From Methanobacteriota archaeon (GTDB taxonomy: Archaea > Thermoplasmatota > Poseidoniia > Poseidoniales > Poseidoniaceae), in the NCBI GenBank assembly GCA_018650165.1, contig JABIGM010000053.1, positions 1 to 36,956 on the forward strand: a DNA stretch of 36,956 bases. The letters are read 5' to 3'. Below are positions 24,265 through 32,400 of the stretch, piece after piece. Under the pieces are notes generated by a model. That model worked only from the letters and a program-made list of their open reading frames with translations, was not told where the DNA came from and made no database searches. Numbering within the stretch: position 1 is the first letter of the stretch; every line of letters starts with the position of its first letter. Made by a program: the position numbers and the translations under genes.

Positions 24265-26718
24265 ATGCGCGCGAGGCAGTGGGTGGCACTATTCCTCGCA
24301 GTGTCCTTGTTAGCAATTCTGCCCCCTGTTTCCGCAGATAATGACATTGCAAATGCAACTCCGCTGACAAACGGCGTCTCAACCAATGGATACGTTTGCA
24401 TCGACGATGGTTGTTCACCTGAAGATGAAATAGATTGGTGGAAGATCTATGCGTACAAGGGAGACATAGTTCAAGTTGGATTCTCAGGTTCTATGAATAA
24501 TGGTGCTTGGTGGTGCATTAATGATGGATGGAATGCGGCCTTTTCACTACATGACTCGCAAGGGTCGCAAGTTGCTAGTCAATCGATGAGTGACGCTAGT
24601 TCATCCACCACGCTTTCCACCACAGTGCCTACTGCAGGGTTCATATATGCCAAAATTAAGGGGGAGGGAAGCTTGTGTAATGATGGAGTCGATTATACTT
24701 TAACTCCCTCAATTAATCAGGATAATCGAGATACTGATGAAGATGGATTCATCGATAATGAAGATGATTGTGACTTAACAGTAGGATATTCCACAAATGA
24801 TCGCAAAGGGTGTATCGACTCAGATTCCGACGGCTGGTCCGACCCAGATGAGGGTTGGGGCCCAAACAATGGAGCAGATGCATTTGCAACAGAGCCAACA
24901 CAATGGTTAGATTCGGATAATGACGGATATGGCGACAACCAAGAACCAGCATTCGAGCCAGACCATTGTCCATACAGTAGAGGATATTCAACTTCTGACC
25001 GATTCGGTTGCTTAGATTCCGATGGTGATAGTTGGTCTGATGCAGACCCTGGTGGTTTAGATGGTGTGGAACCATGGTTTTCCCATCCTAATGGGTCAGC
25101 TGATGCTTTCCCATTTGTTCCAAGTCAATGGAATGACACCGATACCGATGGTTTTGGAGATAATTGGGCAGATGGCTCATGGAATGATACAAGAATGAAT
25201 TGGTCGATTGGCATTTGGTATGCTAATGCAACTGAACCGGACGCTTGTCCATTCATTACAGGATACTCAATTCAAGATCGGTTTGGTTGCCCAGATGGCG
25301 ATAACGATGGTTGGTCAAACCCTGATGCAAATTGGACTGCAGCAAATGGTGCCGATGCCTTCCCAGAGAATCCGACACAATGGTCTGATCGAGATAATGA
25401 CGGCTGGGGAGACAATCAAACTGAAGGAGCCTTACAGATAGATGATTTTCCAGATAATCCTTCTCAGTGGCTTGATACTGATGGCGATGGTTGGGGTGAT
25501 AACCAATCCTATGGTGCTTCACAAGTAGATGATTTTCCGCTTATTCCTAGCCAATACAGAGACACAGATGGTGACGGATATGGCGATTATCTTTCTGGAT
25601 ACGAGGGAGATGTTTGCCCCCACAGTACAATTGAGGAAGTTGAAAGCGGCTGGATTAGTTGGGCAGATAGATTTGGCTGTTTAGACTCAGATATGGATGG
25701 ATATTCGAATCCTGATGATTGGTGGATCTCACATCCAGATGGATTTGCAGATGCTTTCCCCGATGATGAAAGTCAATGGCACGATACCGATGATGATGGC
25801 TATGGTGATAACCTCGAATATTTCGATGGAGAAACATGGAGAGAAGCATGGCGTGGCGATGGTTGTATCGCCACAGAAGGTAACTCTGCAATGGACCGCT
25901 GGGGCTGTCCTGATTCTGATGGAGATGGTTGGTCAGACCCAACGACTCATTGGTTAGCAAGTCCAGGTGGTACCGCTGATGCATGGCCAGCAGATTCAAC
26001 TCAATGGCATGATAGAGACGGTGATGGTCGCGGAGATAATCCAAGAGGAACTACAGCAGACATATGTCCTGATGTTCCAGGAACATCTCTTGGTCCAACA
26101 TCTGGTGGTGACCGCTGGGGTTGTCATGATACCGATGGCGATGGTTGGTCTGATTTAGGAGATAATTTCCCACACGAACCTACTCAATGGCGCGATGAAG
26201 ATGGCGATGGATTTGGTGATAACTCTGAAGGCCACGAGGGAGATGCATGTCCTAACGAGCGGGGCCAATCATTCTTTGATAGATTGGGTTGCCGTGATTC
26301 AGACGGCGATGGTTGGTCAGACCCTTCGCAAAATTGGCTTGCTTCCCCTTGGGGTCAAGGTGACGCTTTCCCAACCGACCGGTTGCAATGGGAAGATACC
26401 GATGAGGACGGCTTCGGCGATGTTGGAATGGGTTCGCAAAGAGACGATTGTCCAGAAGTAAAAGGAACTTCAACCAGAGATGTGCAAGGATGCCCAGATG
26501 CCGATGGTGACGGTTGGTCCGATGAATATGGTGGCTGGAATGCAGCGGTTTCCACCATGGGCGAAGAACCTGCATCAAGTTGGCTAACCTACTTGATTCT
26601 GGGCATTTCCATGTTCATCTCTTCAGGATTAGCAATTGTAGTTCGGTCTTCACGTACGGTTTCATCTTTGGAAAGAGGCCTTACTTCAAATGATGATGGT
26701 GGTGATTTAGATGCGTGA
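24265..26718 (+). CDS. Secreted PPC-like domain + thrombospondin type-3-like Ca-binding repeat protein with a C-terminal TM, 817 aa
   Basis: Signal peptide MRARQWVALFLAVSLLAILPPVSA. The N-terminal domain NDIANATPL...DEIDWWKIY resembles pre-peptidase C-terminal (PPC) domains. I counted 18 DxDxD(G/S) motifs. The C-terminal TM is WLTYLILGISMFISSGLAIVV. Confidence 0.9.
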   Translation: MRARQWVALFLAVSLLAILPPVSADNDIANATPLTNGVSTNGYVCIDDGCSPEDEIDWWKIYAYKGDIVQVGFSGSMNNGAWWCINDGWNAAFSLHDSQGSQVASQSMSDASSSTTLSTTVPTAGFIYAKIKGEGSLCNDGVDYTLTPSINQDNRDTDEDGFIDNEDDCDLTVGYSTNDRKGCIDSDSDGWSDPDEGWGPNNGADAFATEPTQWLDSDNDGYGDNQEPAFEPDHCPYSRGYSTSDRFGCLDSDGDSWSDADPGGLDGVEPWFSHPNGSADAFPFVPSQWNDTDTDGFGDNWADGSWNDTRMNWSIGIWYANATEPDACPFITGYSIQDRFGCPDGDNDGWSNPDANWTAANGADAFPENPTQWSDRDNDGWGDNQTEGALQIDDFPDNPSQWLDTDGDGWGDNQSYGASQVDDFPLIPSQYRDTDGDGYGDYLSGYEGDVCPHSTIEEVESGWISWADRFGCLDSDMDGYSNPDDWWISHPDGFADAFPDDESQWHDTDDDGYGDNLEYFDGETWREAWRGDGCIATEGNSAMDRWGCPDSDGDGWSDPTTHWLASPGGTADAWPADSTQWHDRDGDGRGDNPRGTTADICPDVPGTSLGPTSGGDRWGCHDTDGDGWSDLGDNFPHEPTQWRDEDGDGFGDNSEGHEGDACPNERGQSFFDRLGCRDSDGDGWSDPSQNWLASPWGQGDAFPTDRLQWEDTDEDGFGDVGMGSQRDDCPEVKGTSTRDVQGCPDADGDGWSDEYGGWNAAVSTMGEEPASSWLTYLILGISMFISSGLAIVVRSSRTVSSLERGLTSNDDGGDLDA
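26701..26705 (+). promoter_or_regulatory. Shine-Dalgarno GGTGA for the translationally coupled gene at 26711
   Basis: GGTGA lies 5 nt before the ATG. The start overlaps the upstream stop (ATGCGTGA, 8-nt overlap). Confidence 0.65.
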
Positions 26719-27967
26719 ATGGATACTGATTGCGTTAATGCTCTCGCTTTCATTTGTAGGGCAAGTTTCCGCTGAAGAGGAAGAAGGAGACCCATTCATA
26801 GCCGCTGGATTAAATTTAGTTGCACTCAGAAACGATAGTCTTGATAGTAATCAAGATAGCATCATGGATGCTGTACGCGTAGTTGTGGTGATTAATTCGA
26901 CAGACCAATGGATGGATTTGACATTAACACTAATCGGAGAGCACTCTGGATTTACTGTATCCGATGAGAAATTCATGTCGTTTGAAGGCCAAGAGAACGC
27001 TTCACTAACATATGATTCATGGGCAGAGGGTGAACACCGTTTGACTTTAGAAATAAGCGACATAGATGGCCGCTTGCTAAAGTCAATTAATATTGGAACA
27101 TTTGATTTAAGTCCAGCATTGGCAACTCCTTCAATCGATTTAGTATTGTCTGGATCTGAAATAATGCAAACAGGAGACGCCTGTGAAATAACTAGGAACT
27201 TTGTCGATGAAACAGGCCCACGATGGAACTATGATGGAACTAGATCGATTATTGGCACTCCATTCAAAGCTTTAGATACAGATGTTGAATTAGACTGCAG
27301 TATTTGGCCTGCAGGTACTTACATTGTGAGCGAAACCTATCAGAATGGTCTTGGACAAACTACTACCGACTCGCTTGAATTAGTAATTGTCAACAAACCA
27401 CCTTCGCATTTTACAATAGAAATTAATGGTGACGAAGAACTTGTAGGAACTCCTTGTACAATCACTCATCTCCAAGCGGTAGGAGAAAATCATGATGATT
27501 ATCAAAAGACGTGGACGGTAACTCCTTCGATTGGAATGACCTCAAATGCAAGCGTTTTAGATTGTTCAAAATGGAGTTCTGGTGTTTACAAAATCCTTCT
27601 TACTGTAACCAATGATGAAGAGATTCGCACTACTGGTGGAACTATGCTAATTCGAATGCCATCTCCTAGCAAAGTCAAGGATGTAGATGCACCGGTACTC
27701 TCAGAAGGTAGTGAAACTGAAACTTCAACTGTTGGATTATGGGGGATAGGTGTTCTCGCATTAGTACTAGGACTTGCAGTATTTGTTCTGATGATGCGAG
27801 GTCCTGAAGATGAGCATATGGGGAGCAGTATGCTTGATGAAATTGGAGAACCTGACGCAGAAGGGCTTCCTACTCATTTAGATGAAAACGGAATGCTATG
27901 GCGCCGCCATGATGATGGTGAAGTTGATTGGTGGGACCGCTCATCACTAAATTGGAAGAGGTGGTGA
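26711..27967 (+). CDS. Secreted Ig-like beta-rich protein with a C-terminal TM and a small Trp-rich cytoplasmic domain, 418 aa
   Basis: Signal peptide MREWILIALMLSLSFVGQVSA. The motif DCSxW(P/S)xGxY occurs twice, suggesting tandem Ig-like domains. TM at ~27731-27796. The tail is GLPTHLDENGMLWRRHDDGEVDWWDRSSLNWKRW. Confidence 0.85.
   Translation: MREWILIALMLSLSFVGQVSAEEEEGDPFIAAGLNLVALRNDSLDSNQDSIMDAVRVVVVINSTDQWMDLTLTLIGEHSGFTVSDEKFMSFEGQENASLTYDSWAEGEHRLTLEISDIDGRLLKSINIGTFDLSPALATPSIDLVLSGSEIMQTGDACEITRNFVDETGPRWNYDGTRSIIGTPFKALDTDVELDCSIWPAGTYIVSETYQNGLGQTTTDSLELVIVNKPPSHFTIEINGDEELVGTPCTITHLQAVGENHDDYQKTWTVTPSIGMTSNASVLDCSKWSSGVYKILLTVTNDEEIRTTGGTMLIRMPSPSKVKDVDAPVLSEGSETETSTVGLWGIGVLALVLGLAVFVLMMRGPEDEHMGSSMLDEIGEPDAEGLPTHLDENGMLWRRHDDGEVDWWDRSSLNWKRW
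27958..27967 (+). promoter_or_regulatory. Shine-Dalgarno GAGGTGGTGA overlapping the upstream stop codon
   Basis: It lies immediately before ATG 27969, with a 1-nt gap after the TGA. Confidence 0.65.
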
Positions 27968-27968
27968 A

Positions 27969-28832
27969 ATGTTACGAGATATCGCCTTTTGGGTCATAAT
28001 TTTTAGTGGATTATCTTTATTGATGCTGTTTACTAAAGTAATGTGGAAGCGTTATACGCACTTAAAATCATTAGAGCCAGGTTTGGATAAGGAGTGGGTA
28101 GAAGATTGCGCCCATCATGGAGTTGCAACCTACAAGGGCTCTAAAGTAACCATCAAGAATGTTAGAGATTTCACTTGGTCTAGCGATAGTAAAGACCGTG
28201 ACCCAAAATGGATAGATTCGGAAGTAGATCTTGATGATATCGTAGACATATGGTATGTCATAGACCATTTCCACAAAATTAAGGCACTTGCTCATACGAT
28301 GATTACTTTCGAATTCGGCGATGGCCAATTCATTTCATTCTCATTTGAAACTAGAAGAGAAGTTGGAGAGAGATATCATCCATGGACAGGGCTATGGCGT
28401 GCATATGAATTGTACCTCTTAGTAGCTACAGAGAGAGATGCACTACACCTTAGAACGAATGCGCGAAAGCACAAAGTGCACCTTTACAGAGTTCAAACCC
28501 CTCCTGGAAAAGATAAGGCTCTATTCAATGCCTTATGTGACAGATTAAATTCGCTTGCTGAAAAACCCGAATGGTACCACACATTTGGAAAAACCTGCAC
28601 TACCTCGATAGTTGATCAAGTAAACCTCATCACACCGGGAAGAATCCCGAGTATGTGGCGAACTCTCCTACCTGGCCATTCTGCAAAAGCCGCATGGAAA
28701 CTGAAATTGATTGAAGATTGGGGCGGCTATGAAGCAACAGTTGCGGCATCGAGAGTTGATGAAAGAGCGGTAACTTGGGATGGTGGCGAGGAATACTCAC
28801 GGTACATTAGGGCGCATTTGCCTCCCAAATGA
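27969..28832 (+). CDS. DUF4105 / Lnb N-terminal-domain family protein with an N-terminal TM, 287 aa
   Basis: Family-type motifs KNVRDFTW, AHTMITFEF, SFETRRE, YELYLLVATERD, VHLY and PEWYHTFGKTCTT. Candidate catalytic His at 28293 and Cys at 28596. The family call is from memory of the motif pattern. Confidence 0.82.
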   Translation: MLRDIAFWVIIFSGLSLLMLFTKVMWKRYTHLKSLEPGLDKEWVEDCAHHGVATYKGSKVTIKNVRDFTWSSDSKDRDPKWIDSEVDLDDIVDIWYVIDHFHKIKALAHTMITFEFGDGQFISFSFETRREVGERYHPWTGLWRAYELYLLVATERDALHLRTNARKHKVHLYRVQTPPGKDKALFNALCDRLNSLAEKPEWYHTFGKTCTTSIVDQVNLITPGRIPSMWRTLLPGHSAKAAWKLKLIEDWGGYEATVAASRVDERAVTWDGGEEYSRYIRAHLPPK

Positions 28833-29385
28833 ATAACAAGTCTCCTGCTTTATGAGAGATTTTTACCTCGTCTTCAGTAACTGTGTTTCCAACACCTCTG
28901 GTGCCGGTAAAAATATCTTCACAATCGAGTTCAAATTCTACACCAGAAAGTGTAATTTCAGCGACATGACCGAATGCCATAATCGAACAAATAGTTCCCT
29001 TTTCTAATTCGATTTCAAGTCCGGACTCTCCTACTCTACACGCTCGCCAGTCATCGAAATATAGAATCGCATCTGACTTGGTTTCAAACAATGCAGCATA
29101 TGCTGCAAGTTGGTGATCTAACCTCCCTCCAGATATACCTACCACGGCATCGACTTCATACATCATTAGAGCTTTAGCCAAGTCGGTATTTTCAGGATTA
29201 TAATCTCCCTTGAAATCTTGTGGATTTGAAATTGAATCCATGTCTCCAACTACAGCGTCCCAAGAAGTAAAACGGTCTGCTGCACCATCTAATGCAATTG
29301 TGAATTCTGCTGCTTCAAGGAGAGTTTCTAGTAACTTTGCTTCGGGCCATTCACCGTCAGCAACAACCAGCACCATCTCGGCCAT
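28807..29385 (-). CDS. Thiamine pyrophosphokinase (thiamine diphosphokinase), 192 aa
   Basis: IALDGAA, AVVGDMDSI, TDLAKAL and GGRLDHQL are TPK signature motifs, followed by the C-terminal thiamine-binding beta domain (GTRGVGN). The symbol is left blank because thiN is ambiguous in archaea. Confidence 0.9.
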   Translation of the reverse strand: MAEMVLVVADGEWPEAKLLETLLEAAEFTIALDGAADRFTSWDAVVGDMDSISNPQDFKGDYNPENTDLAKALMMYEVDAVVGISGGRLDHQLAAYAALFETKSDAILYFDDWRACRVGESGLEIELEKGTICSIMAFGHVAEITLSGVEFELDCEDIFTGTRGVGNTVTEDEVKISHKAGDLLFIWEANAP

Positions 29386-29437
29386 GTAGCGGGGACTATA
29401 TTCACTACTTCAAGCGGTTCGCTTTGATTTATTCTTC

Positions 29438-29456
29438 CGGCCCCCTAAGGGGGCCG
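29438..29456. other. GC-only hairpin/palindrome CGGCCCCC-TAA-GGGGGCCG in a divergent intergenic region
   Basis: Perfect 8-bp stem with a 3-nt loop, read directly from the sequence. Confidence 0.6.
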
Positions 29457-29496
29457 TACAATCAATCGTTGGCAATAGTAATGTAGGATAGAGGTT

Positions 29497-32400
29497 GTGA
29501 AGGTTAGTATGTCATGGCGAGACAAGGGTATCCCAATACTAATTTTCTCCATTTTCATATTCCAAATATCGGGCCCAATGGTCCCTTTCCCATCTGAGGA
29601 GTTATCTCCAAATGAGGTGTTTGAAGCACAAACAATAGGCCTTACAAGCGGGTCTGGACATGATTTGGAAGGAGATACAATCAGTGTCGATGGTAAAAGT
29701 TGGACAGTTCGAGGGGAATCGGTTTTAGATTACTGGAATAAGAATATCCATCCTGAATCTTCAAATGGTTCGGTGGACTTGGTTGTTACTGCTGATGGAG
29801 TTGGTTACGCTTGTTCGATTAATGGTACAGATATCAATATGCACACAATGCATCTCAATGGCTCTTTTGACACACTTCTAGTAGAGACTTTAGCAACAGG
29901 TCAGAGTTCTGAATGTGCGATTGGTATTACCGCTCAGAACCGAATTCAAATTGCTTACAACGTTGGAGACGACCTGCGCTTTGCACGCTTAGCAGAAGTA
30001 AATGCAGTTTATCAGGAGAGAACTTGGCATTTACGAACTATCGTTGAAGATTCGTTCAATGGTGGCTTAACGATTTCATTGGATTCAGAATCCCAAACAA
30101 ATCTTATTTTCCAAGATACCGACATGGCATTACATCATGTTTGGTTCAATAAAGCCTACTGGAATCATACAATTTTAGATGAAGGCCCAATCGGTGATGA
30201 CATAGAGGTTGCAATTGATTCCGGTGATATGATTCACGTGGTGTATACCAATTCTGCAGAAGGGGAAGTCCGTTTAATCAAATTCAATGAGACTTTGGAA
30301 ACTCGTCAAGTTCTAATCCGAGGTAACACAGTAAGTTCCGCAATTGGAATGGATTTGGATTCAAATGGTATTGAACAAATAACATATTCTAAATCCGATG
30401 GTTTAGGCCACAACACAATTTCTCTTCTTCGTAGCCTAGCGGGTAAAGATACAGGTAGAATCGACCCCGATGCCAAATGGGTCATCAATTATGATGATGA
30501 TTCAGTTGAAGGTATTGTGGCGAGTGGCGATTTGAATGGTGATGGGAGGGACGATTTAGTTTATACGGATCCTGATGGAAATGGAACCATTTCGATTCAC
30601 TATGGCTCACCGGATGGACCTGGTGCCCTCGCAGATAGAATCTTAGTGGGTTCACTTAGTGATTCTATGCTAGGTTCTGCCTTGGCGATTGGTGATTTCA
30701 ATTGTGACAGCATTGATGATATTGCATCTAGTGAGGCAGGACTTGGAACTAATAATTCAGGTTACATTTCAATTAGACTTGGTACCAGTTCAGGAATGTC
30801 AAACAATGTTTGGTGGGAAATGAATGGAAGTGATGATGATAACCTCGGAATGTCTCTTACATCACTTGGTGATGTGGAATCTGATGGATGCGATGATTTA
30901 GCTGTCGTAGCAAATAAGATGATTGAAGAAAACGCTCAACCTACTTTGTCAAAGAATGGCATGGTAGTAATTTATTCGGGAAACCAAACCTCGATGGTGC
31001 ACCATGCAAACATTACTCAAACGGAATCTGGAACAATGTTTGGTCGTCAAGTCATTGGAGATGGAGACATTAACGGAGATGGCTATCTCGATATGGTGGT
31101 TTCCAATACAGGAGACCAACTTAGCCCGACTGGATATTCTTCAGTGGAGTTCTTCCTTGGTAGTATAGACGGCATGGCTTCAACTCCGTCTGACACTCAC
31201 AGTGTTTCAACCCAAGGAAGATTATATGGATTTGAAATGGCCTTCGTAGGTGATGTCCATGGCGATGGCTATGATGATGTATTAATCAGCGAATTATATG
31301 CATCAACCACGCTATACCAATCTGGTAAAGTTCACATGTGGGATGGTTCAAGTTCTGGACCAATCGCAAATTGGACCACTACTGGTAACTACGCAAATGC
31401 ACTACTGGGTCAAACAATTTCTCCTGCAGGAGATATCAATGAAGACGGTTTTGATGATTTCTTGATGATGGCGCCTTCCAGTTCTAAATCAGGTAAAGTT
31501 GACTTATACCTTGGCTCTGCAACAGGTCCACGTAGTGAAACACAACTATTTGCTCAAGGTGCAAGCAATGAAAATGTAGGTTTGAACATTCTAGCAGGAT
31601 TCGACCTTAATGGCGATGGGATGGGAGAAATCCTCTATTCATCTAGAGATTTAACGCGTGGGGATGCTTTTGGCCCTGTTTTGACAATAATGTCAGAAAG
31701 AGATTGGGAATTTATTGATTTTGATTTCGACCATCCAGTAATCGGTATTGACATGAGCACCCCTCTACGTGGTAGTCCTTCGATAATGGCTATGCTTTCA
31801 GATTCCAGCCTTATTCTCTTGGAAAACACACCTGACGGAACACCATCTGGCCGCTGGGTGAGTCGAGATTTAGCAAATGCGGATGTTGCAAGAATGGGGA
31901 TCTCGAATGCTGGAAAACCATTGGTACTCTTACACTCTTCTAGTAATCTGATGACCTTGACTCTAACAGGCAATACTGCGATTGAATCGCAATTAAATTC
32001 TGGCACAGGCCTCGGGATTTCGCTGGGCTCATTTACGGATTCAAGCGGTAACCAGCGCTTAGGACACGCATCACCAACGTTCTCTTCGATATTCTATACT
32101 GAAGAAACAGCAACTGGCTTTACCACCTCAACATTACGTTCAAACATCGATTTATTGTATCCACTAGGTATGCATGTAGATTCAAATGATCTGTCTAGAA
32201 TGGTATATGTTGATGATGACGACCATATGGTTAGACTTGCAACCTTGAATGGAACTTGGGATGAAATTTCAATTCTCAATACAACAATCGGTGATGATTT
32301 TGATTCGGTTTGGGACAGTGATGACACACTCATATTTGCACAAATTGCAGTTTCAAATAATTCGACTATGCTTCAGGTAGTAGAATATCAAAATAGTACT

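Noticed and set aside
24727-26530. CRISPR array or DNA-level tandem repeat suggested by recurring GAT/GGT-rich motifs
   Set aside because: The repeats are conserved at the protein level with divergent codons and variable lengths inside an open frame. There are no identical direct repeats with unique spacers and no cas genes.
29386-29496. tRNA or H/ACA sRNA (GGTTCG-like string; hairpin followed by ACA)
   Set aside because: No cloverleaf or acceptor stem can be built. The hairpin lacks a pseudouridylation pocket and a K-turn, so it is reported only as a hairpin.
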